Origin: Candidatus Sigynarchaeum calidifontis
GTDB taxonomy: Archaea > Asgardarchaeota > Lokiarchaeia > Sigyniarchaeales > Sigyniarchaeaceae
Reading direction: 5' to 3'
NCBI GenBank assembly: GCA_030587475.2
Contig: JAUQYZ020000111.1
Span: 1-41,101, forward strand
Length of the DNA stretch: 41,101 bases
The notes below the pieces were generated by a model. The model made no database searches and was not told the origin of the DNA. It worked only from the letters and a program-made list of their open reading frames with translations. This document shows positions 30,062 to 37,901 of this stretch, piece by piece (within the stretch, counting starts at the first letter, position 1; each line of letters starts with the position of its first letter). The position numbers were made by a program, and so were the translations under genes.

Positions 30062-30493
30062 ATGGTTTCCATCGGAGATTTCGACTTCCCGGAAGATAGG
30101 CTGTATTCACGGGACCACATCTGGATCAAGGTCGAGGATGAGGCCAACAAGATCGCAATAATGGGGATCGATGCCATGGGATACTCGATCGCCGGGCAGA
30201 TCTCCATCATCCGCGTGAAGAAGGGCGGCAAGCCGACGATCAAGGGGAAAACCTTCGGTACAATGGAATCCGGCAAGGGAGTCGTGCCGTTGAAATCACC
30301 GATCTCGGGGCTCATCACGGATGTCAACCCGTTGATGGAGCAGAAAAAATACGACACGATAATGGCGCAGCCATTCGAGAACTGGCTCGTCAAGATCCAA
30401 TACGAAAATCCAAGCGAGCTCGCCGAGCTCATGAAAACTTCCGCTGAAATCGCGAAATGGGCCAAGGAAGAGCTGTCCAAGATGAAAAAATAA
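30062..30493 (+). CDS. gcvH: Glycine cleavage H-like lipoyl carrier protein
   Basis: LYSRDHIWI, MGID, FGTMESGK (lipoyl-Lys position), SPISG, VN, WLVKI. Confidence 0.85.
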   Translation: MVSIGDFDFPEDRLYSRDHIWIKVEDEANKIAIMGIDAMGYSIAGQISIIRVKKGGKPTIKGKTFGTMESGKGVVPLKSPISGLITDVNPLMEQKKYDTIMAQPFENWLVKIQYENPSELAELMKTSAEIAKWAKEELSKMKK

Positions 30494-30524
30494 AAGTGAG
30501 AAACACTTTTTTAATCTATTGATA

Positions 30525-31979
30525 TCACAAGCCATATTGCAGCAATTCCAGGAACGAGATCGATGGCATAAGCCAGAGGAGCAAGATCAGGACAGCATTG
30601 AGCGCGATCATCATCCCGATCGTGGCCTCCTCCTTCTTCAAGCTACGGGGCTGGGCGTTTTTCACCGGGGCCGGCAAGTCCTTGCCACCAAAAATCCACG
30701 CGATCGAGATTGCCACCCATGTCGGCGTGAACAATATCACGATCAAGATGCTCCAAAATAGTACCTGGGCGGTGATCGAGCCAGAGATCGAGGCAGCGAC
30801 CTTGTAGACTTCATCGAGAATGAAGATACCGAGATAGATCGCACCCGTTGTTCCCATGACATATCCTACAAGCGTGACGGGCCGGCGGAGCTTAAGCCCT
30901 TCCATATCGTCGATGAGATCCGAATGGAACACCTTGGTGATGTTTTTGACCGACAGGATGAGCATCACCTTCGTTGCGAGCGTGATGATTATCTGGAGCA
31001 TCATGGCTTGCTGGATCTCGTGGCCGATTAATCCGGTCTCTCCCGCCAACCCGAATAGCGCGAGCACGATGCCGAAATCGATCATGTACGATCCCATGAC
31101 GATCATCTCGATGCGATGCTGCTTGCGACTGAGCAGCTCTCGTGAAATTGAAGCGATGCCGGTCACCACGTTCCCCATTCCCAGGATAAAACTCGTGGCA
31201 TCGAACCATGTGCCCGAAAGATTCAGCGCATCATGTACCTGCAAGAATTTCCAATACAACGCGCCCATGAAAAACACATTAAACACCTTCACCGAGACGT
31301 GGGATTTCACGTGCAAGCCAAAATGCACGAGCAAGCTCACGGGGAATGCGGCAAAGACGACCAGGAATCCCGTGTACAGGAAATACATGGCAAGCGTTGG
31401 CATGGACGCCGGCTCAAGCAATGCGAGGTACAAGTCTTGCGCGCTGCCCGGGGTATTGGAGATGATCAAGCATCCGGCCATGAGTAAAACGAAACCCGTG
31501 GTGAAAGTCGCGATCAGCGCGTTGAATAGCCTCTTGTCGATGGACGGGTAGATGAACTTGAGAATCGAGATGAAAACCTCGGTCGCAAGGATAAACGTGC
31601 TCAAGATGAACAAGTTGTCCGCGTAGACAAGGCCACAAACCGTTCCCGCGATGAGGAACAAGAGCACGTGGTAGAACCGTTCGACATTCTTGTCCGAAAA
31701 ATCGTCGAAGCCATTGACGAGGATTATAGACGTGATGGCCATGCACGCTGCAACCATGAAGGTGTTGTTCCTGGATATCACGAGGTTCGCTGGTGCCAGC
31801 TGAATTTCCGTGATCGAGCCTGGTCCTAAGAACTGCACGATCGCTAGCACAAGGACCAATAATGGCAAGGACAACAGCAGTATCTTGCTCCCGCGTTTCT
31901 TGAAATCGATCGACAAGGATGCCATGGCCCCGAAGTACATGGCCAGGATAGGCATGAAGGTAAGTATCGGTTCAAGCAT
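30525..31979 (-). CDS. MrpD/NuoN/MbhH-like antiporter-type membrane subunit (divergent)
   Basis: About 14 TMs; FYHVLLFLIAGTVCGLVYADNLF..F...E; SYMIDFGIV; IDDMEGLKLRRPVT. Confidence 0.7.
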   Translation of the reverse strand: MLEPILTFMPILAMYFGAMASLSIDFKKRGSKILLLSLPLLVLVLAIVQFLGPGSITEIQLAPANLVISRNNTFMVAACMAITSIILVNGFDDFSDKNVERFYHVLLFLIAGTVCGLVYADNLFILSTFILATEVFISILKFIYPSIDKRLFNALIATFTTGFVLLMAGCLIISNTPGSAQDLYLALLEPASMPTLAMYFLYTGFLVVFAAFPVSLLVHFGLHVKSHVSVKVFNVFFMGALYWKFLQVHDALNLSGTWFDATSFILGMGNVVTGIASISRELLSRKQHRIEMIVMGSYMIDFGIVLALFGLAGETGLIGHEIQQAMMLQIIITLATKVMLILSVKNITKVFHSDLIDDMEGLKLRRPVTLVGYVMGTTGAIYLGIFILDEVYKVAASISGSITAQVLFWSILIVILFTPTWVAISIAWIFGGKDLPAPVKNAQPRSLKKEEATIGMMIALNAVLILLLWLMPSISFLELLQYGL

Positions 31980-32487
31980 CGGTATCTCCCCTGTTCTTGC
32001 TCGTCTTTAATAAATAGCCCCGTTCATGCCCGTCCTCCTTTTTCATTGGAATGTTGAAATCCTTGATGTAATCCTCGTTCGTGATCCCTTCCTCGCGGGC
32101 CTGATCGATGCACGTGGTGTAAATACCAAGGTAAAACACGATGTAGACCATGTTCCCCGCCACGAAAAGGATCAAGAAGATCTGTACCGTGGTGTTCGTG
32201 ATCGTGATGAGCAACAGCGTTAACACCACGAACGTGACGATGCCGTTCATGTGGATCTTGAATCTTTTCGGCACGAACACGTGAAGCGCGAGTATTATAA
32301 GCACTATCAACCCGATAATCATTAAATCTATCAATATCTCTGTCGTCATCATGTGTGTAAAAATGCCAAGCGCGAAAAACCACGCTGCGGCCGAGAAAAA
32401 CAACACGATGAGTTTATTCGACGTGCTTGGATCCGAGGCCTTGCTCATGGTCGCCATCCTTCCGTTTTTGCGCGTGCGTGCCGTCAT
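31972..32487 (-). CDS. Small 4-TM membrane protein co-transcribed with the MrpD-like gene; start may be ~32448-32457
   Basis: Hydrophobic helices; 8-bp overlap with the downstream gene. Confidence 0.6.
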   Translation of the reverse strand: MTARTRKNGRMATMSKASDPSTSNKLIVLFFSAAAWFFALGIFTHMMTTEILIDLMIIGLIVLIILALHVFVPKRFKIHMNGIVTFVVLTLLLITITNTTVQIFLILFVAGNMVYIVFYLGIYTTCIDQAREEGITNEDYIKDFNIPMKKEDGHERGYLLKTSKNRGDTDA

Positions 32488-32642
32488 CTAAAGAATAGGT
32501 GCTCTATTAAAAAAAGCATCTAGATGCTTGTCGAAGCGTGAATGGACATCCCGCCATAAAGACAGCTGGAGCAATCTCGATTTATCGCTTTTTTCACCAG
32601 CCAGGTGAAGATTTAAATATCCCATTCCCGCTTTCTCGATCC

Positions 32643-33371
32643 ATGGTTGCCGAGGCCGATTTGCCAATCTTTTTCATCGAGTTGGGCACCATCATGCTCG
32701 ATTTCACCCTTGGGCTCGTCCTGCTCTTTAAAACGATAAAGCTCGCACCAAGCCCGCCCCGGCGGTATTACAAGGGGGTCGTGTTCTTCTTTTTCACTCA
32801 TTCCGTTTGCAGAACCGTGTTCTTCGTCCGGGGATATTTCATCGAAAAGACCAATAATGCTACACGCGTCCCGATGTTCGACATCGGGACGATCCTCGGT
32901 TTGTTGAGCGTGTTATTCCTGGTTTTCGTGATTGAAACCACGATCGTGACCCAGACGCGAAAGATCTTCACGATCATGGGATTTTGTGCCCTGGGTATCA
33001 TGGTGCTGGACTTTTTCATACGATTGACGGTCAACGGTCGCCGATTGCTGCTCACGGTTCAGAACATCGCGATACCCATCCTCGCGGCTTTCATCATCGC
33101 TGTCTACTTGAGGGCGCTGTTGAAATCCACTGGACGGGTGAGAACGAACGCGATGGTCATGTTGATCGCGATCGTGCTATTGGCCCTTTCCGAGCTTGCA
33201 AACTCCGACATCGCCGGCAATTTGCTCGGGAGGGACCTGGCCAGATATCTCGGCCCATCGGTGATGGCGGCAGCGCTCATCTTGCTCTACTATGCCGTCA
33301 CCAACCTCTCTATATGGAAAAAAGAGAAGATATCGGAGAACGAGCCAGCACCATCAAACCCGCGTGAATGA
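32643..33371 (+). CDS. Seven-TM membrane protein without an output domain
   Basis: Seven hydrophobic segments in ~240 aa; ATG 32643 follows an ATTTAAAT box at 32611. Confidence 0.75.
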   Translation: MVAEADLPIFFIELGTIMLDFTLGLVLLFKTIKLAPSPPRRYYKGVVFFFFTHSVCRTVFFVRGYFIEKTNNATRVPMFDIGTILGLLSVLFLVFVIETTIVTQTRKIFTIMGFCALGIMVLDFFIRLTVNGRRLLLTVQNIAIPILAAFIIAVYLRALLKSTGRVRTNAMVMLIAIVLLALSELANSDIAGNLLGRDLARYLGPSVMAAALILLYYAVTNLSIWKKEKISENEPAPSNPRE

Positions 33372-33547
33372 ACCGAGGATTGTCCTGATCCGTCGCTTCA
33401 TCCCGGTTTTTTTTGGCAGCCCGGGCTCGACGTGCTCCCGGCACGCGTGCGCGTTCAAGATATCGTGCAAGGCGCTCGCCTTCGCTTTCCGAATGACGTC
33501 ATTTATGATGGAAAGGAATAATAGTTGTGATATACACCGGTATATCA

Positions 33548-34069
33548 ATGGACAAGATTATCCCTCTTCGAATTGACGAAGCAATCGTCACGCGGCTCGA
33601 TATCCTCGTTGCTCGCGGGATATTCCGCAACAGGAACGAAGCTTTACGGCAAGGAACCCGTGACATGATCGAAAAATTTCAAAATAACATGCACGAACGG
33701 CGCATGGTTGCAAGTAAAATCATCGCGAATTATCTGGTTACAAAGTATTCCCACCTCGTTTCCCGTGTCCTGTTATTCGGTTCCGTCGCAAAACACGAGG
33801 ACGCGGAATGGAGCGATGTCGATCTGCTGATACTGACGCGGAAACGACTGGGTTACATCATCGAGCGGGAGATCACGTTTGATATCTATGATTTGCTCGA
33901 GGGCACAGAATTGGTCATGTCGCCGCATTTTCAAGCAGAATCCACGTTCCTGGAACGTTCACGCGTTCCAAACACGATCGAGGCAATAATAATGAAAGAA
34001 GGACTTGTCCTGGCAGATAATATGCCGAACAAGCAAAACGTGCATGGCAAGAGGAAGGTGGACGAGTAA
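33548..34069 (+). CDS. Ribbon-helix-helix plus minimal nucleotidyltransferase (MNT) antitoxin
   Basis: IIPLRID...LVARGIFRNRNEALR (RHH); VLLFGSVAK...SDVDLLIL (Pol-beta NTase GS/DxD motif). Confidence 0.85.
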   Translation: MDKIIPLRIDEAIVTRLDILVARGIFRNRNEALRQGTRDMIEKFQNNMHERRMVASKIIANYLVTKYSHLVSRVLLFGSVAKHEDAEWSDVDLLILTRKRLGYIIEREITFDIYDLLEGTELVMSPHFQAESTFLERSRVPNTIEAIIMKEGLVLADNMPNKQNVHGKRKVDE

Positions 34070-34071
34070 TC

Positions 34072-34503
34072 GTGGCTAGATCTCGATCACCGCGGTTTGC
34101 GAAAGCATGGGAAAAGCATGACAGCGCCGTCCTGCTTTTTAATAAAGGGTTTCTTGACGATGCCATTTCCCGCGCATACCATGCCGTGTTCCACGGCATC
34201 GCCGTGCTCTTGCGGGACAAGAACGTGAAACTGGACGTTCACAAGCACGCGTACATCTTGACCCAGTTCCAGAAAGAATTCATCGAGCCCGGGTTGATCC
34301 AGCGAGATACCTTCAAGAAAGTCATTGCCATCAAGAGTCGACGCGAGGCTGCCGATTATTCGCTCGAATCGGAAACAAATGCCGAAGATGTCGAGCACAT
34401 CATCTCGGACGCGCGGTCATGCCTGGAGGAGTTTGAAGCATGTATCGCGAGCCATGCCAAGCCTGCATCGAAACAACCAGGAAAACCAAGCAGCAAGCCC
34501 TGA
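34072..34503 (+). CDS. HEPN-domain protein (DUF86/UPF0332-like), partner of the MNT
   Basis: AISRAYHAVFH, KHAYIL..F...FI, RREAADY; starts 2 bp after the MNT stop. Confidence 0.85.
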   Translation: MARSRSPRFAKAWEKHDSAVLLFNKGFLDDAISRAYHAVFHGIAVLLRDKNVKLDVHKHAYILTQFQKEFIEPGLIQRDTFKKVIAIKSRREAADYSLESETNAEDVEHIISDARSCLEEFEACIASHAKPASKQPGKPSSKP

Positions 34504-34551
34504 ATGCCGGCGAGACGCGCCTTGGATCGATACACGAACGACGGGATCGGC

Positions 34552-34604
34552 GGCAGGTCCAAGGCGGCGTTGCGGAAGCGCATCAAGGTGCCGGGCGGTT
34601 GATC
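34552..34604 (+). repeat. Degenerate copy of the 3' end of the UPF0175-like gene (partner at 35534-35586; shorter trace at 36512-36536)
   Basis: 46/53 ungapped identities by manual alignment; shared core ATCAAGGTGC. Confidence 0.85.
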
Positions 34605-34667
34605 CTGGCATGGTCATCATGTCTATTGACGTCGAGTAGATCGAGCTGATCATCGATTTTTTAGCTT

Positions 34668-35147
34668 TCATGATTTGTTGATCACTTCAAGCAAGTGTTT
34701 TTTCGAATGCTCGTCGATATTCTTCCATTCCCGGAGGGCTTTGACGACACGGTTTCCATCATTCTTCCGGATCATTCCATTTTCCACGAGCCAGAGCGCG
34801 TATTCCGAGATTTTAAAAGCTTTCACGTGAAAGAAATGTAGTATGTCCATTTCTGCTCCATCGTCACATATAACGACCGCGTTCTCTTCCGCCCGTGCTA
34901 GTGCTATGATCGAAAGATCAGCATCATCGAGGGTCTTATCGGTCAAGTCTTGATATGTTTGCAATTTGACGGGACGAATGGTAAACTTGCTGAGATCCAG
35001 ATAATCTGCCAGATAATGCTTGTATTCCTTCACGAGCTCGTGGGTGGCGTGAAGATCGCTCTCGTAAAAGAAATCCTTCAAATAAATTATCCCTTCCTTC
35101 TCGAGTCTCTCTATCTTATGCCATGAGCACGTGTCGATGACATGCAT
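34668..35147 (-). CDS. PIN-domain (VapC/DUF3368-like) ribonuclease
   Basis: HVIDT, ELVKE, LDDADLSIIALA, VICDD acidic PIN motifs. Confidence 0.8.
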   Translation of the reverse strand: MHVIDTCSWHKIERLEKEGIIYLKDFFYESDLHATHELVKEYKHYLADYLDLSKFTIRPVKLQTYQDLTDKTLDDADLSIIALARAEENAVVICDDGAEMDILHFFHVKAFKISEYALWLVENGMIRKNDGNRVVKALREWKNIDEHSKKHLLEVINKS

Positions 35148-35203
35148 GCTAGCAGTATTCCATAAGAATATATAAATAACTTGCTCGCAATTGCTAGAAT
35201 AAC

Positions 35204-35584
35204 GTGATGCGGATGAAGCAGATCAATTTCAGGGTTTCCGAGGAAGAGTACCAATTTGCCGTGAATATCGCGAAGCTCCTGGGAAAATCGGTTCCCGTGC
35301 TCGTGAAAGAACTCGGGATGAAGGGATTACGCGAAGCGAGCACGAATCTCGCCTTGGATTTGTACAAGAACGACAAGATTGGCTTGAAACAAGCCTGGCA
35401 GATGACCGGCCTTTCGTTTCACGAGTTTACCGGGCTCTTGATGGCTCGCGGGATCGAGCCACCAACGAATATCGCACGGTTCAATCGCTCGCTCGATTCC
35501 ATGCGGTCGGTTCGCTTTGAAGACCTGTTTCCTGGCATGTCCAAGGAGCAGTTGCGGCAGCTCATCAAGGTGCCGGGCGATTGA
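35204..35584 (+). CDS. UPF0175-like antitoxin with an N-terminal RHH-like segment
   Basis: KQINFRVSEEE; ALDLYKNDKIGLKQAWQMTGLSFHEFTGLLMARGI matches the UPF0175 HTH pattern. Confidence 0.8.
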   Translation: MMRMKQINFRVSEEEYQFAVNIAKLLGKSVPVLVKELGMKGLREASTNLALDLYKNDKIGLKQAWQMTGLSFHEFTGLLMARGIEPPTNIARFNRSLDSMRSVRFEDLFPGMSKEQLRQLIKVPGD

Positions 35585-35639
35585 TCTCGATTTCACGATT
35601 CCTTTTGTTTATGCTCAGTCATGTTCGCGCATCCCTTGA

Positions 35640-35804
35640 ACCAAGAAATACTGTCGAGACAGGGATTAACTAGTTTTCCATGTCTCCTCAGCGATCTTTT
35701 TACATGTACAAGGCTAAAAAAGACAAAAACTCTCTCGCGATTAGCCACGCCTTTTCGTGATAGCAAGTCGTGAAAGGGAAACTTGCACGAGTCCGGTGAC
35801 GTGA
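35640..35804 (+). repeat. Heavily decayed copy of the promoter/5' UTR of the gene at 37902
   Basis: Conserved blocks at conserved spacing versus 37755-37898: TGTCGAGAC-28nt-CAGCGA..TTTTTA.ATGT; TTCGTGAT-14nt-GGGAAA; TGCACGA-3nt-CGGTGACGTGA. Confidence 0.7.
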
Positions 35805-35878
35805 TTTTAGGATCATTAAGGTATTTAAGCTGACATTTGTATGGTGTCCTCACCTAAAAAGAAAAAACGTGATAGATA

Positions 35879-36511
35879 TTGGCCTTGCTTCTTAAATATC
35901 CCAAGGATTTTCTCATCGAAGGAGAATATGTCGTGTTAAAACCTGACGTGTCAGAAGAGGAATTCTGGGCTATTTCAGACGAGGATAGTAATTTTGAACT
36001 AATAGACGGGGTGCTGATCATTCACTCGCCAGCATCTGAAGAGCACGAGGACATTTTTCGATATTTACAAACGATTCTAACCCTTTTTCTCGAAAAAACT
36101 AAACAAGGAAAGATTTATGGTTCTAGATTCGTGATGCGGTTATCAAAGAAATGGAATCCCGAGCCGGATCTCATCATCATTCAACCTGAAAATTATAAAA
36201 ACATCAAATACAATTATTTTGAAGGGCCCGCTGACATTGCAATCGAAATCCTTTCAAAAGCTACTAAGGAAATCGATTTGCAGAAGAAAATACCGAAATA
36301 CTTGGAGGTGGGAGTAAAAGAGGTCTGGGTCATGGACCCCGAAGATAAGAAGATTTCCATTCGCTCCCCGAACCAGGTCATCGAATATACCGATCCAAAT
36401 TCCGACCGGAAGATCGAGTCCGGGATCTTGAAAGGCTTGCCCATCGAGATAAGGTGGATCTGGAACCGTGAAAAACACCCTATAATCGAAGTCGTGAAAA
36501 ATATTCTCTAA
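35879..36511 (+). CDS. Uma2 (DUF820) family PD-(D/E)xK endonuclease
   Basis: FELIDGVL..SPASEEHE, PEPDL, PADIAIEILS, KIPKYLEVGVKEVWVMDP; visibly more AT-rich than the core genes. Confidence 0.9.
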   Translation: MALLLKYPKDFLIEGEYVVLKPDVSEEEFWAISDEDSNFELIDGVLIIHSPASEEHEDIFRYLQTILTLFLEKTKQGKIYGSRFVMRLSKKWNPEPDLIIIQPENYKNIKYNYFEGPADIAIEILSKATKEIDLQKKIPKYLEVGVKEVWVMDPEDKKISIRSPNQVIEYTDPNSDRKIESGILKGLPIEIRWIWNREKHPIIEVVKNIL

Positions 36512-36610
36512 GCGGCGTTATGCGTGATCAAGGTGCGAGCCGTGGCCGATCGAGGCCATGCCATGTAGCAAGGAAACCTCTGTTCGGTTCCCTAGCAGGG
36601 AGCGTCCGAC

Positions 36611-36799
36611 GCATCCCCGCCGAATTCTTCCATGTCCAGAGCCAATGAAATGCACGATAATTCGTGTTCGCGTGCTTTTACCGGGAAATACGCGCACGAA
36701 GTCGATGACGTGAACCCTGCCATGCGGACTCTTCATTCTCGGTTATCGGATCGACCTTGACGCCGAGAAGATCGAGCCGAAGGCCGTCGCCGAATCGAA
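36611..36799 (+). repeat. Degenerate direct repeat of 37796-37984 (promoter, 5' UTR and first ~27 codons of the gene at 37902)
   Basis: Ungapped at offset 1185; 36661-36799 vs 37846-37984 gives about 123/139 identities. ATG is changed to CTG (36717) and the TATA-like TTTTTATAT to TTCTTCCAT. Confidence 0.92.
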
Positions 36800-36856
36800 T
36801 GGAATCAGATCGACATCGATTATTATAAATATCATGATAATCATGGTCATCATGAA

Positions 36857-37123
36857 ATGGCAACGACGATCCAGATCTCGGACGCGGTACAAAAACGCCT
36901 CTTCATGCTCAAGAACCAGAAGGAAAAGGAATTTGGGCGCCGGCTTACCTACAACGACGTGATCGAGCTTCTCCTTGAAAACCAAATCGCTCGCGTTGAA
37001 AAAGATGAGTTCATTAAACATGTAGAGAAATACCAAGGTATCATCGATTATAAAGATGCAAAAAAGGCACGAAACGAGGAGAGGCAATTAGAACGTGAAC
37101 GGGAACGCGCGCGCCAGCACTAA
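36857..37123 (+). CDS. Putative VapB-like antitoxin (RHH/HTH type)
   Basis: TTIQISDAVQKRL..LK......TYNDVIELLL pattern typical of archaeal antitoxins; overlaps the PIN gene. Confidence 0.75.
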   Translation: MATTIQISDAVQKRLFMLKNQKEKEFGRRLTYNDVIELLLENQIARVEKDEFIKHVEKYQGIIDYKDAKKARNEERQLERERERARQH

Positions 37124-37538
37124 TTCCGCTGTCCTTGACACGAGCGTGTTGCTGGAAATCCTCGGGAACACCCGGTTGGGTGAAACCATCAAGAACGTGG
37201 TTCTCAAGGATCCTGCAATGGAGCGATTCTATATCAGCCCCATCGCTGTCACGGAGCTTCTATATCTCGTCGCCAGGACAGTGGATTTTCAAGTGGCGCG
37301 GCAGCGAGTGGAAGGATTCACGAGGGTGTTCACGATTTGCGACGAGAAAGAGCTCCGGATCGAAGCAGCCAGGATAAAATCTATCTTGGCACTTTCTCTC
37401 GCCGATTGCTATGCACTCGCCATCGGTAGCTTGCAAGGCATTCCCGTTTACTTCAAGCGAGAATCGGAATTCGACGCGATATTGAAAAAAGGGCCGATCC
37501 CCCTTCCAATTGACCTGCGATTCGTTGATGATTTGTAA
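37095..37538 (+). CDS. VapC-like PIN-domain toxin
   Basis: AVLDTSVLLE, ISPIAVTELLY, AARIK....LSLADCYALA. Confidence 0.88.
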   Translation: MNGNARASTNSAVLDTSVLLEILGNTRLGETIKNVVLKDPAMERFYISPIAVTELLYLVARTVDFQVARQRVEGFTRVFTICDEKELRIEAARIKSILALSLADCYALAIGSLQGIPVYFKRESEFDAILKKGPIPLPIDLRFVDDL

Positions 37539-37901
37539 CTTGATGCGTATCGGTTCAGTTACTCCACGAAATTTTGACACGTTCATTTCGACGCGAACCA
37601 GGAGACGTTTTTCGTCGCGACGGCACTGGAGAAGATCGTCGCGGATCTCGCCAAGAAAATCTTGAACACGTGAGCAATGAAATGATGGACATCCAGATTG
37701 TCGCTTGTGGGGGTGTGTTCCCTTCTGGCCATCCCTCGTCGTAGATCGCGAATAACAAGGGAATATGTCGAGACTCGTGATGGTTCTGCTCCCGCGCATC
37801 CCCAGCGAATTTTTATATGTCGAGCCGCAATGTTGAAAACAACTGTTCGTGATCACGTGCTGTTGTCGGGAAATACGTGCACGAAGTCGGTGACGTGAAC
37901 C

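Noticed and set aside
33372-33530. A fifth remnant of the 37902 5' region before the MNT gene
   Set aside because: Only short matches (ACGTGCT, TGACGT) without conserved spacing.
37542-37673. Short frame with an internal TGA (37575) as a selenoprotein or readthrough gene
   Set aside because: No start context, no redox motif and no evident SECIS. At most a decayed gene tail (...FDANQETFFVATALEKIVADLAKKILNT*).
33500-37900. Classical integron cassette array or IS-bounded island
   Set aside because: I found no RYYYAAC...GTTRRRY attC-type palindromes at cassette ends, and no integrase, transposase or terminal inverted repeats in the window.
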